DNA from: Arenicellales bacterium
GTDB taxonomy: Bacteria > Pseudomonadota > Gammaproteobacteria > Arenicellales > CBDCFT01
Direction: 5' to 3'
Assembly (NCBI GenBank): GCA_965216735.1
Contig: OZ244198.1
Location: 629,628-693,627 of the forward strand
Length of the DNA stretch: 64,000 nt
A model generated the notes under the pieces. It saw only the letters and a program-made list of their open reading frames with translations, was not told the origin of the DNA and searched no databases. Shown one piece after another: positions 30,770 through 40,880 of the stretch; the stretch's first letter is position 1, and every line of letters starts with the position of its first letter. A program made the translations under genes and the position numbers.

Positions 30770-32359
30770 ATGGATCAATTCGACTATATCATCGTTGGCG
30801 CCGGATCGGCGGGCTGCGTGCTCGCCAATCGGCTGTCGGCAAATCCGGCGCACAAGGTGCTGTTACTCGAGGCCGGCGGCAGGGACTTAAGCCCGTGGTT
30901 GCACATTCCGGTTGGTTATTTCAAGACCATGCACAACCCGGCATTCGACTGGTGTTACATGACCGAACCCGATCCTGGCATTGCCAACCGCCAGCTGCAA
31001 TGGCCACGCGGTAAAGTGCTTGGTGGTTCCAGCGCACTCAACGGTTTACTCTACGCGCGCGGCCAATCCGAGGACTACGATCGCTGGGCCGATCTGGGAA
31101 ATCCTGGCTGGAGTTTTCAAGAGGTACTACCGTACTTCAAGAAATCGGAAGACAATGATCGTGGCGCCGACGAGTTTCACGGTGTGGGTGGGTTGCAAAA
31201 GGTGTCGGACCTGCGTCTGCGGCGCCCCATTGCCGAACATTTCATTCAGGCCGCGACCGAAATCGGCATTCCGCTGAACGAAGACTACAACGGCAGCCAG
31301 CAAGAGGGTGTCGGTTATTTCCAGCAAACCGCGTATAACGGCTTCCGCTGGAGTACCGCGAAAAGTTTCCTGCGCCCCGCCAAGGGCCGCGACAACCTTA
31401 GCGTGGTGACCCGCGCCCAGGTCACCAGCCTCGCCTTCGACGGCAAACACGTCACCGGGGTCAACTACCGGCGCGGGGACGAACACAAGACTGCGAACGC
31501 CGGCGCCGAAGTCATTCTCAGCGCTGGTGCGATCAATTCACCGCAAATCCTGCAAAATTCCGGTGTCGGCGATCCGGCATGGTTGCAACAGGCCGGCATC
31601 GATACGCGCCATGCGCTGCCCGGCGTCGGCAAAAACCTGCAGGATCACCTGCAGATACGCCTGGTTTTCAGGACCAATAAGCGCACCCTCAATGATGAAT
31701 TGAACAACCCGCTCAAACGCATGATGGTTGGCATGCAGTACATGCTGACCCGCACCGGGCCTTTGACCCTGGCGGCGAGCCAGGTTGCGATCTTTACGCG
31801 CTCCAGCGATAACGTCCAGCGTCCTGACATCCAGTTCCACATGCAGCCGCTTTCGGCCGACAAGCCCGGCGACGGTGTGCACCCGTTTTCGGCATTCACG
31901 TCTTCGGTATGCCAGCTGCGCCCGTTCAGTCGCGGCGAAGTTGTGGTCGAATCCAGCGATCCGATGGCCTACCCGAAAATTTACCCGAATTATCTATCCG
32001 ACGAACGCGACTGTGCGGTTGCGATCGGCGGGATCAAGGTCGCGCGCCGTATTGTCGAGGCGCCTTCTCTGCGAAACTGTGTAATCGACGAATACGTACC
32101 AGGCCGCGAATTCCAGAGCGACGAGGAACTGCTCGATGCAGCGCGCCGCCACAGTCAGACGATTTACCACCCGACGTCGACCTGCAAGATGGGAAACGAC
32201 GATGCGGCCGTGGTCGATCATCAACTGCGGGTGCACGGAATCGAAGGTTTGCGTGTCGCCGATGCGTCGATCATGCCGGAAATTGTGTCCGGCAATACCA
32301 ACGCGCCGACAATCATGATTGCGGAGAAGGCAGCCGACATGATTCTGGGGAAAAAGTAG
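30770..32359 (+). CDS. GMC family FAD oxidoreductase (choline-dehydrogenase-like), copy 2
   Basis: [48 protein letters not shown] and [17 protein letters not shown]. It is collinear with copy 1. Confidence 0.85.
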   Translation: MDQFDYIIVGAGSAGCVLANRLSANPAHKVLLLEAGGRDLSPWLHIPVGYFKTMHNPAFDWCYMTEPDPGIANRQLQWPRGKVLGGSSALNGLLYARGQSEDYDRWADLGNPGWSFQEVLPYFKKSEDNDRGADEFHGVGGLQKVSDLRLRRPIAEHFIQAATEIGIPLNEDYNGSQQEGVGYFQQTAYNGFRWSTAKSFLRPAKGRDNLSVVTRAQVTSLAFDGKHVTGVNYRRGDEHKTANAGAEVILSAGAINSPQILQNSGVGDPAWLQQAGIDTRHALPGVGKNLQDHLQIRLVFRTNKRTLNDELNNPLKRMMVGMQYMLTRTGPLTLAASQVAIFTRSSDNVQRPDIQFHMQPLSADKPGDGVHPFSAFTSSVCQLRPFSRGEVVVESSDPMAYPKIYPNYLSDERDCAVAIGGIKVARRIVEAPSLRNCVIDEYVPGREFQSDEELLDAARRHSQTIYHPTSTCKMGNDDAAVVDHQLRVHGIEGLRVADASIMPEIVSGNTNAPTIMIAEKAADMILGKK

Positions 32360-32491
32360 TCATTTGATTGCAATACCGTTTAAAAAATTGCAAATCTGAC
32401 GGTCGATTGAATCAACGATTGATATAAATCACGACGCGCGTGTACCCTTTACCGCATAGTAAACAAGCACCTGATTGACGGGGACAACAAA

Positions 32492-32905
32492 ATGTACAAA
32501 ACCATTCTGGTACCGACCGACATTGCCCACATCGCCGAGGGGAAGCTCACCATAGACCTCGCCGTGAACCACGCCTCTGACGACACGCGTATCGTGTTAC
32601 TCAACGTCGTCGAGGAAATTCCAGGCTGGGCATCGGTTGCCATTCCGACGGAGATCATCCAGAAATCGACCACCGATGCGCAGGATGAACTGAAAGCCGT
32701 AGCCAATGCCAGCGGCCGCAAAATGGACGTGATCGTACGTACCGGCCATTCCTATTCGACCATTCTCGATGTGGCCGAGGAAGTCGACTCCGATCTCATC
32801 ATCATTGCGTCGCATCGCCCGGGACTGCAGGATTATTTCCTCGGCTCCACCGCGGCCAAGGTGGTACGCCACGCACGCTGCTCGGTGCTTGTCGTTCGCC
32901 CGTGA
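32492..32905 (+). CDS. Universal stress protein (UspA family)
   Basis: 137 aa with MYKTILVPTD and GSTAAKVVRHARCSVLVVR, typical USP termini. Confidence 0.8.
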   Translation: MYKTILVPTDIAHIAEGKLTIDLAVNHASDDTRIVLLNVVEEIPGWASVAIPTEIIQKSTTDAQDELKAVANASGRKMDVIVRTGHSYSTILDVAEEVDSDLIIIASHRPGLQDYFLGSTAAKVVRHARCSVLVVRP

Positions 32906-32924
32906 CTGTGATGATATAAACCTC

Positions 32925-33205
32925 ATCAAGATACCAAGAATCATCGAGTCTCCCACGGCGTTTCTCGAACGATTGGGCACATGTTGATTCAAATTTTCTA
33001 CACCAGTTACGGATGGATTCGTGGGAAACAGTTACACCACGTTTCGCAAGCAAATCCTCAACATCACGAAAGCTGGGGCAGAAACGATGATATCGCCAAA
33101 GCGCAAGACTGATGATTTCTGGCGAATAGTGATAGCCGCTATCAAAGAGAGGTAGTATTTTTCATACCACTAATTTTACGGATCGCCTGCTAACTTGACA
33201 GTACC
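32925..33205 (-). mobile_element. Remnant of a second, different IS6-family element (one terminal IR plus ~75 degenerate transposase codons)
   Basis: The minus-strand end is GGTACTGTCAAGTTAGC (33189-33205). Own translation gives YHYSPEIISLALWRYHRFCPSFRDVEDLLAKRGVTVSHESIRNWCRKF...WYLDEVYI. It is frameshifted near the start and cut off after the first DDE region. Confidence 0.7.
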
Positions 33206-33711
33206 GTCATCGACACTCGGTTTTGGAAAAATTATCTAAAGAAATTGGCGAGACGTGCAACATTTCACTGCCCGATGGAAACGCGATGTTGTATTTCGAT
33301 CGTGTTGAAACACATTGGCCGTTGCGTGTGCAACTGAAAATCGGATCGCGAGTGCCATTGCATTGCAAAGCGAGTGGTAAATCATATTTAAGCAGTCTGC
33401 CCGCGGCGCAACGACGGCGTTTGATTGAGCAGCTCGATCTGAAACGCAATAGCAAAAATACATTTACCAATCGGGATGAATTGCTCGGCGAGTTGTGCAG
33501 GATTCGTACTGAAAAGATTGACGTTGATAACGAGGAATTTATGCAGGGCATGATTGCCGTGTCCGTGCCGGTAAAAGATCATCGCGGTCGTATGTATGCA
33601 GGTTTGGCCTTGCATGCACCGGTATCGCGTATGCCATTGGGGCAAGCACGGAGTTTTGTGCCGTTACTGCGTGAAGCGTCAACAGAACTGTCTACCTACT
33701 CTTACGAATAG
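33206..33711 (+). pseudogene. IclR-family regulator, 5'-truncated (HTH domain missing)
   Basis: Reading from the IS6 end gives RHSVLEKLSKEIGETCNISLPDG...PLHCKASGKSYLS. This aligns with residues ~95-250 of the intact IclR at 25858-26619, and the wHTH-encoding part is absent. Confidence 0.75.
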
Positions 33712-33727
33712 ATTTCTTTAAACGATA

Positions 33728-34282
33728 TTGGGATTAAATTACATACCACTCGATGCGCAGAATTGGCATCGGTATGAGGAACAAATTGAGGCGATAGAAA
33801 ACGTCGTGTACGAGGCGGCGCGTCGAGACACCATTGAAACATTAGAGCGCATTGCTTGCCATTCTAGGAGTGCCTGTATTGTCGCGTTAGATGACGACAA
33901 GATAGCTGGGTTTTGTTTTGGCGCGCCATTGGAAGAGTTTCCACAAGTAACGGGGGCGAATACCGATAGCCATTGGGGCAAATGCAATACACTTTACTCT
34001 GCTGATACCGCAATTCACCCGGACTATCACGGACGAGGAATTGGGCGTGAGCTGAAAACGCGGCAACTGCAGCGAGCGCGGGAACTAGGTTATTCCTATG
34101 TTTCCGGGCGTAATCGCGAAGGCCTGGCTGATGCCATGTGGCACATTAATCAAACATTAGGTGCGCGCATCGATCAACGACTGGAAAACGATTACGATGA
34201 CGATATCCAACCGAATGTGTGTATCTATTACAAGATCTACTTAAGGGCACCTCGAATAATTCAGGATTTCAGTGAAGCATGA
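33728..34282 (+). CDS. GNAT-family N-acetyltransferase (3' end altered by IS insertion)
   Basis: IHPDYHGRGIGRELKTRQLQRARELGY is acetyl-CoA motif A. The last 10 codons are encoded by the IS5 element that begins at 34245. Confidence 0.7.
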   Translation: MGLNYIPLDAQNWHRYEEQIEAIENVVYEAARRDTIETLERIACHSRSACIVALDDDKIAGFCFGAPLEEFPQVTGANTDSHWGKCNTLYSADTAIHPDYHGRGIGRELKTRQLQRARELGYSYVSGRNREGLADAMWHINQTLGARIDQRLENDYDDDIQPNVCIYYKIYLRAPRIIQDFSEA

Positions 34283-35508
34283 CTTGAAACTGATTTACTC
34301 GGGAAATTTTGAGTCTATTGCTGGGCGGGTTTGATGTATGTTGTGCGTTTGATCGCAATTTTCATTGCGATTTCTATGCAATAGACGCAACTACCCTGCC
34401 TTGCTTTCTTTGCAGGTACACCAACCGCTTCATGTTGTAACCCAGATTCATCATTCCCATTTTGGCACGAGCACGGGCCAGTCCAATTGTCCGAATGAGC
34501 TTGCCGCCCATACTGTTTTCCTGATATCCAAATACATGCTCGACACGGGCCCGGATGGTCGATCGTTTTTGATTCACCGACTGTTTGTGTTGGGATAGGG
34601 GTTTATTACGTTTGCCTTTGTGGTGAATGCGGCTGCGATAACCCTTGCTTTTCAGCTCCCGCTCCGTGTCGTCAGAACGATAGGCACTGTCAGCCCAAAC
34701 ATCCGCACCGGTATTGTCCGGATCGATCAACTCACCCAGAACCTGGCTGTCATGTACCGACGCATCGGTGGCATGGTAGCGACGGATGAGTTTGTGCTGA
34801 TTATCTATGTCCACGTGATTCTTGTAGCCGTAGTAGCTCTTGTTGTGTTTCTTCGTCCAGCGGGCCTGTGTGTCTTTCTGGCTCAGCTTGTCGGGGTGCC
34901 CTTCCCAACCTTCAGGAATCTCGCCCGCCTTGATCGCCTTGTTCTCTTCCCGACTGTTACGTTGCCTGGGGACCGGTACAATCGTCGCATCGACGATTTG
35001 ACCCTTGCGGGCCACGTAACCCTGTGTATCAAGATAGTGGTTGAATTGCTTGAACAACAACTCAATGAGCCCATGCTCAATCAGACTCTCTCTCGAAATA
35101 ACCACAGTGTCGTAGCGTCCGGAATGCGCTCTTCCAGACTCAGACCAAGAAATCGCATAAATGACAACCGATCACGAACCTGAAATTCCACCTGCTCGTC
35201 GCTCAGATTGTACAAACTCTGCAATACCAGCAGTTTGAACATCACAATCCCATCGTACGGCTTTCGACCTGCGTTACTTTTACGCTCCCGCTTTTGTACC
35301 TGCTTCAGAACCGGGCGAAACGTCGACCACGCAATCGTTGCATTGAGCGCCTCCAGAGGATCGCCCTGCTTGCTCAACTTCTCATAGCGCTCGTCAAGAT
35401 CAAAAAAACCAGGCTGTTGCATGTCTCCTGCCGCTTCTTCTACGATGATAATGGTATGGTAAGTTTATCGACTACATCACCAAAAGAGATCAATTTTTCG
35501 AGGTGCCC
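34245..35508 (-). mobile_element. IS5-family (IS5-group) insertion sequence, 1264 bp, TTAA target duplication
   Basis: The inverted repeat is GGGCACCTCGAATAATT at 34245, and the reverse complement of the 35508 end is GGGCACCTCGAAAAATT. TTAA occurs at 34241-34244 and 35509-35512. Confidence 0.85.
34374..35422 (-). pseudogene. IS5-family transposase split into two frames at a (GA)4 run
   Basis: The upstream frame ends ...IPDATTLWLFRERV*. The downstream frame continues SRESLIEHGLIELLFKQF... into a complete DDE domain. The frame change lies within 35081-35105. Confidence 0.75.
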
Positions 35509-35528
35509 TTAAGGGCGTAATCGTAAGA

Positions 35529-36515
35529 ATGTTTCTAATTAGGCAACGTCGGTGGCTACTTTGCGCCTTTAGTTTGGTGCTTACGCCTAACCTATTTGCT
35601 GCGTCATTCAACCATTTGTTTGTGTTTGGCGATAGTCTCTCGGATACGGGAAATCGCGCCAGTATTTCCTTGCCCTTTGTGTGGCCATACTACAAAAACC
35701 GTGTTAGCGACGGGCCCATCGCGGTTGATCATTTAGGCAGTAAATTGAATTTACCCGTCGACGCATCGCGGCACTTGGTTGCTCAATCCGGTGGAACGAA
35801 CTATGCAGTGGCGGGAGCGCTTGCCGGGGGAAATGGCAATATCGATCTGAACAGGCAAGTGGATGCATTCCTATCCCGATTCGCGAACAAGGCACCGAAG
35901 GACGCACTGTACATAATGATGATAGGTGCCAACGACATTCGCGATGCCATTATTGCGGCAAGTCCAAGCGCGGCCAATCAAATCGTTGACAATGCAACGA
36001 TGCAAATTGAAGTGCAACTGAATCGTTTGTTGCAAGCAGGTGCACGGTACATTGCGATAGCCAACGTTCCCGATCTCGGTGTGACACCGGAAGCACGCAT
36101 GGTGTCGCAAGAAAACGGCGATCCAGGTTTGATCGCGCGTGCAACTCAGTTATCAGTGCGTTTTAATAACCAATTGACGGCACGTTTACTACAAATCGAA
36201 TCAACATCCGGTATTGATTTGATAGAGTTCGATTTTTTTACGCAATTCAACTCGCTTTTAGCTAACACAAGTTCTTTAGGCTTTGTCAACACCACCGACG
36301 CTTGTTTTGAGCCGGATTCGTTCAGTTTTCATCCGGACTGTTTTTTCGGTACCCAATTCGATCGATTTGTATTTTTTGACGAACTTCATCCCACATCGAA
36401 GACCCACGGTTTTCTCGGCGATGCTTTATTTGATGTGGTCAATTCGCATGTTCCCACTACGAGTAGTAAAGACATCAATTTAAGTGGAATACTTTTACTG
36501 TTGTTGGATGATTGA
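35529..36515 (+). CDS. Secreted SGNH/GDSL-family esterase/lipase
   Basis: Signal peptide, then block I FVFGDSLSDTGN, GANDI and block V FFDELHPT. Confidence 0.8.
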   Translation: MFLIRQRRWLLCAFSLVLTPNLFAASFNHLFVFGDSLSDTGNRASISLPFVWPYYKNRVSDGPIAVDHLGSKLNLPVDASRHLVAQSGGTNYAVAGALAGGNGNIDLNRQVDAFLSRFANKAPKDALYIMMIGANDIRDAIIAASPSAANQIVDNATMQIEVQLNRLLQAGARYIAIANVPDLGVTPEARMVSQENGDPGLIARATQLSVRFNNQLTARLLQIESTSGIDLIEFDFFTQFNSLLANTSSLGFVNTTDACFEPDSFSFHPDCFFGTQFDRFVFFDELHPTSKTHGFLGDALFDVVNSHVPTTSSKDINLSGILLLLLDD

Positions 36516-36565
36516 AGCTTTTGTTGTAAAACTACAGTTGCCTAAGTAAAGACGGTGGTCAAAAA

Positions 36566-36657
36566 TGCCATCGCGAGCCACGCTAGCAGCGTGGCGATCT
36601 TCTTTTGGAAAACACGACTACGAGATTGCTTCGTCGTTTCACTCCTCGCAATGGCAA
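36566..36657. repeat. REP family B doublet in inverted orientation
   Basis: TGCCATCGCGAGCCACGCTAGCAGCGTGGCGATCT at 36566-36600 and GAGATTGCTTCGTCGTTTCACTCCTCGCAATGGCAA at 36622-36657. Confidence 0.6.
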
Positions 36658-36688
36658 TTAAATGCGTAGTGTCAATACGAAACAAAAG

Positions 36689-38203
36689 TCATATCGAGAA
36701 ATTATCAGGAGCGAAATTATTGAACGACCCATCGGCAATCATGTTACTAACCGCGCCAATATCAGGCGCGAAATTTCTATCTTGGTCGTAATGAGGAACA
36801 GTTGATCTTATTTGCGCAATCACCTTCTCAAGTTGCGTGGAAGACTTTAACGGCCGGTGAAACTCTATTCCCTGGGCAGCGGCTAGTAATTCGATGGCAA
36901 TGATGTTGCGTGTGTTGGCACACATCGCCATTAAACGCCGCGCGGCAAATGTGGCCATGGATACATGATCTTCCTGGTTTGCGGAAGTAGGCAGACTGTC
37001 AACACTGGCAGGATGTGCTAGGGATTTGTTTTCTGACGCCAGGCTTGCCGCCGTCACGTGCGCCACCATGAAGCCGGAGTTCAATCCACTGTCTTGCGCT
37101 AGAAATGCCGGCAGTCCGGACAGATCCGCGTCGATAAGCAGCGCGATACGCCGTTCCGCGAGCGCACCAATCTCAGCGATCGCAAGTGCTAAGGTGTCGG
37201 CGGCTATCGCCACCGGTTCGGCATGAAAATTCCCACCCGATAAAACCTCGTCAGTATCCGCGAACACCAATGGATTATCCGACACAGCGTTAGCCTCGCG
37301 GCATAACACCTCTATTACAAACCGGATATTGTCCAGACACGCGCCCATGACTTGCGGTTGGCAACGAATAGAATAAGGATCTTGTACGCGGTCGCAATCG
37401 AGGTGCGATTCCCGAATCGCGCTGCCATGCATGAGTTTGCGATAAACCGCAGCCACTTCGGCTTGTCCTTGTTGACCACGCACTTCGTGAATACGTTGGT
37501 CAAAGGGCGCATCAGAACCTTTAATGGCGTCGACCGATAATGCGCCGGCCATCAAGGCAGCACAAAACAATTGTTCCGTTTGAAACAAACCCGCCAACGC
37601 TAAGGCCACCGAAACTTGCGTGCCGTTTATTAACGCCAGACCCTCCTTTGGGCCCAGCGTGATGGCGTCGATGCCGGCCAATTTGAGACCTTCGCTAGCG
37701 GTTATTTTCTTACCGTTGTGGCGGCATTCGCCCATACCCATGAGCACCGCACTCATATGGGCTAGCGGGGCCAAATCCCCGGACGCGCCTACCGATCCCT
37801 TTTCTGGAATGCATGGGTAGACATGAGCATTTGCCAACTTTAATAGGTTCTCTATCAATTGCCAGCACACACCGGAATAACCTTGGGCCAACGAAGCCCC
37901 CTTTAACACGAGAATCAAACGGACGATATCGTCATTAAGATAGTCGCCCACACCGGTGCAATGCGACATCACCAGGTTTCTTTGCAATTGTTCCAGCTTG
38001 TCCCGCTCAATGGAGGTGTTAGCCAATCGCCCGAAGCCGGTATTGACGCCATAAACGGTTTGTCCGTCTTCGATAATCGACTGGACAACACGGGCACTCG
38101 CATTGACACCCCGCCTGCAGGAATCGTCGAGTTCAACGGACACTGGTTTGCACCAAATGGTGCGCAGTTGCTCGAAGGAAAGTTGACCGGGTATGATTTT
38201 CAA
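36689..38203 (-). CDS. hutH: Histidine ammonia-lyase
   Basis: 504 aa with the MIO-forming ASGDLAPLAHMS motif, collinear with HutH. Confidence 0.95.
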   Translation of the reverse strand: MKIIPGQLSFEQLRTIWCKPVSVELDDSCRRGVNASARVVQSIIEDGQTVYGVNTGFGRLANTSIERDKLEQLQRNLVMSHCTGVGDYLNDDIVRLILVLKGASLAQGYSGVCWQLIENLLKLANAHVYPCIPEKGSVGASGDLAPLAHMSAVLMGMGECRHNGKKITASEGLKLAGIDAITLGPKEGLALINGTQVSVALALAGLFQTEQLFCAALMAGALSVDAIKGSDAPFDQRIHEVRGQQGQAEVAAVYRKLMHGSAIRESHLDCDRVQDPYSIRCQPQVMGACLDNIRFVIEVLCREANAVSDNPLVFADTDEVLSGGNFHAEPVAIAADTLALAIAEIGALAERRIALLIDADLSGLPAFLAQDSGLNSGFMVAHVTAASLASENKSLAHPASVDSLPTSANQEDHVSMATFAARRLMAMCANTRNIIAIELLAAAQGIEFHRPLKSSTQLEKVIAQIRSTVPHYDQDRNFAPDIGAVSNMIADGSFNNFAPDNFSI

Positions 38204-38204
38204 G

Positions 38205-39581
38205 CTACTGGGTTAGCCTGGTTACTGTTGTTCGAAACCGTTTGAGGACCTGGGCTTCATTTTGGTGTTTTCCGCCACGCACCACCCATTTTCCGCCTAC
38301 CATGACATCGTGCACCGGATTTTGGTTTCCGGCAAATATCCACACATCGATAATACGGTCGTTTTTGGCAACACATAAGTTCGGTGCACTGTGGTCCAAA
38401 ACGATAAAATCGGCGCGGTGACCGGGTGCGATCTTTCCGATGGGACGACCTAGTGCTTGTGCACCACCCGTCAAACATTGATTAAGAATGGTCTCACCGG
38501 TTGAACGCATTTCCACCCCGGCGAGTACATTGCGTTGTTTTTTGTCCAGGCGCTGCGCATATTCCAGCCAACGCATATCTTCGACCGGGCTGATGGAAAC
38601 ATGACTGTCGGTACCCACGCCGTAGCGGCCTTTTCGATCGGCAAATGCGCGGGCCGGAAATATTCCGTCGCCAAGATTCGCTTCGGTTGTTGGGCACAAT
38701 CCAACGACGGCGCCGGATTGTGCGATACCGTCTAGTTCGGTTTCAGTGACATGCGTAGCGTGAACAAGGCACCAGCGTTCGTCGACGTTTTGATTTGCCA
38801 GTAGCCATTGCACGGGTCGTTGCTGCGACCAAACGAGACAATCATCTACTTCTTTTTGTTGCTCAGCAATATGAACATGAATACGGCCTTGCGGGTCCAT
38901 AGAAGACAAATGTTCGACTGCCATGTGCAGCGTTTCGCCGGTTACCGCACGCAGTGAATGTGGTGCAATGCCGATAGCAATTTGTCGATTATCTTCATGT
39001 TTGTAGAATAATTTACTGACCAAATCGTTGTATTGGTCGATTGAATTGATAAATCTTTTCTGGCCGGGATTGGCTGCTTGTCCGCCAAAACCACCGTAGC
39101 CGTACAAAACGGGTAAATGAGTGATTCCAATCCCGGTGTCCAACGCCGCGTTAATAACGCTATCGGACATTTGCGTTAGATTGGAATAAGTTTTACCGTA
39201 GGGATCATGGTGTAAATAGTGAAACTCACCCACGGCGGTATAGCCGGATTTCAACATCTCCACATAGGCTTGAGCGGCAATGGCTTCAACGTCATCCGGT
39301 GTGAGCCTTTGGACAAAACCGTACATCACCTGACGCCAGGTCCAGAAACTGTCCTCACTATCACTGGCACGTTCCGCCAACCCGGCCATGGCACGTTGAA
39401 AAACGTGGGAGTGCACGTTAGGGACACCTGGTAAAACGGCACCCGCTATTTGTTGGGCGTCGCTGTCAACCGCACCCGATTGCACCGATTCAATATCACC
39501 TTCCTGGGAAATGGTAGTGACCACCGGTGACGACCAGCCACCTGGCAAATAAGCGGATTCCAGTTGTAACTTGACCATCAA
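38205..39581 (-). CDS. hutF: Formimidoylglutamate deiminase
   Basis: LPGVPNVHSHVFQRAMAGLAE, FWTWRQVMY, HIAEQQKEVDDC and WCLVHATH closely follow the HutF pattern. ATG 39581 is preferred over TTG 39587. Confidence 0.85.
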   Translation of the reverse strand: MMVKLQLESAYLPGGWSSPVVTTISQEGDIESVQSGAVDSDAQQIAGAVLPGVPNVHSHVFQRAMAGLAERASDSEDSFWTWRQVMYGFVQRLTPDDVEAIAAQAYVEMLKSGYTAVGEFHYLHHDPYGKTYSNLTQMSDSVINAALDTGIGITHLPVLYGYGGFGGQAANPGQKRFINSIDQYNDLVSKLFYKHEDNRQIAIGIAPHSLRAVTGETLHMAVEHLSSMDPQGRIHVHIAEQQKEVDDCLVWSQQRPVQWLLANQNVDERWCLVHATHVTETELDGIAQSGAVVGLCPTTEANLGDGIFPARAFADRKGRYGVGTDSHVSISPVEDMRWLEYAQRLDKKQRNVLAGVEMRSTGETILNQCLTGGAQALGRPIGKIAPGHRADFIVLDHSAPNLCVAKNDRIIDVWIFAGNQNPVHDVMVGGKWVVRGGKHQNEAQVLKRFRTTVTRLTQ

Positions 39582-39611
39582 CAACAATTAGTTTGAGATA
39601 GAAAGGGTGAG

Positions 39612-39619
39612 TGTATACA
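39612..39619. promoter_or_regulatory. TGTATACA palindrome in the 54-nt hutF/hutI divergent region; candidate HutC (GntR-type) operator core
   Basis: This is the only palindrome in the very short divergent intergenic region. It resembles the GT-N-TA-N-AC cores of HutC-family operators. Confidence 0.3.
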
Positions 39620-39635
39620 ACTTTAATGATCTAGC

Positions 39636-40880
39636 GTGAATCCGAATCGCGGTAATGATGGGTTGTGGAAAAACGCCCGTTTGACAACCATGGCTAAAGA
39701 CGGATCTGCGTATGGTATTGGACATGCAGATGCCTTGTTGATACAAGACGGGAAAATCACATGGTTGGGGCGAAGCCCGGAGCGGCCAGATTTATTGTCG
39801 AGTGATAACTACGCGATTCACGATGCCGGTGGGCGTTGGGTAACCCCGGGACTTATCGATTGCCATACGCACTTGGTCTATGCGGGGAATCGGGCGAAAG
39901 AGTTCGAGTTACGCTTGCAGGGAGCCTCTTACGAGGACATTGCGCGCGCCGGTGGTGGGATTCGCTCAACCGTACAAGCCACACGTGAAGCTTCTGAAGA
40001 GGAGTTATATTTTCAGTCACGGCCAAGACTTGAGGCCTTGATGAGCGAAGGCGTAACGACTGTCGAGATTAAGTCGGGTTACGGATTGACACGAGACGAT
40101 GAAATCAAGATGTTATCGGTAGCTCAGAAGTTAGATGAAGATAATCCGGTGACAATAAAAAAGACTTTTCTGGGTGCTCATGCTGTTCCCGAAGAATTTC
40201 AAGAGCGTGCTGATGACTACGTTGACAACGTATGCGCGCACATGTTGCCGGCGGCGGTCGAAGCGGGTTTAGTCGATGCGGTAGACGGTTTTTGTGAAAA
40301 TATAGCCTTTGATGTTGAACAAACCCGACGAGTTTTTGAAAAGGCTTGCTCATTAGACATACCCGTTAAATTGCATGCGGAACAATTGAGTGATCGGAAA
40401 GGTGCCGTGTTGGCAGCGGAGTTCGGCGCGTTATCTGCGGATCATCTCGAGTATGTTCAAGAAGACGGCGTTAGCGCCATGGCCGCAGCGGGAACCGTGG
40501 CGGTGTTATTACCCGGTGCGTTTTATTTTTTACGCGAGACGCAATTACCACCGCTGCAATTAATTCGCGACTACGGCGTACCCATCGCACTGGCAACGGA
40601 CAGCAATCCCGGCAGCTCACCCACGACGTCGTTGCTACTAATGTTGAACATGGCATGTACCTTGTTTCGTATGACACCGGAGGAGGCATTGCTGGGTGTG
40701 ACTCGCAATGCGGCACGTGCGTTGGGCATACAGTCCACACATGGAACTCTGGAAGTGGGAAAGGCCGCTGATTTTGTTTTGTGGGATATCGATCATCCCG
40801 CGGAGCTGGCCTACAGAATAGGTGGTAATCCGTGTTATCAGGTGGTTAAGAATGGTGAAATTATTCAACCTCTATTGTAG
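39636..40880 (+). CDS. hutI: Imidazolonepropionase
   Basis: [33 protein letters not shown] and [10 protein letters not shown]. The start is GTG. The stop codon TAG is part of a REP copy. Confidence 0.9.
   Translation: MNPNRGNDGLWKNARLTTMAKDGSAYGIGHADALLIQDGKITWLGRSPERPDLLSSDNYAIHDAGGRWVTPGLIDCHTHLVYAGNRAKEFELRLQGASYEDIARAGGGIRSTVQATREASEEELYFQSRPRLEALMSEGVTTVEIKSGYGLTRDDEIKMLSVAQKLDEDNPVTIKKTFLGAHAVPEEFQERADDYVDNVCAHMLPAAVEAGLVDAVDGFCENIAFDVEQTRRVFEKACSLDIPVKLHAEQLSDRKGAVLAAEFGALSADHLEYVQEDGVSAMAAAGTVAVLLPGAFYFLRETQLPPLQLIRDYGVPIALATDSNPGSSPTTSLLLMLNMACTLFRMTPEEALLGVTRNAARALGIQSTHGTLEVGKAADFVLWDIDHPAELAYRIGGNPCYQVVKNGEIIQPLL

Noticed and set aside
25058-33205. Calling the IS6-bounded 8-kb segment a composite transposon.
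   Set aside because: The two IS6 copies are different elements with divergent IRs and transposases. One is a decayed fragment, and no shared target duplication brackets the segment. I describe it as IS-rearranged instead.
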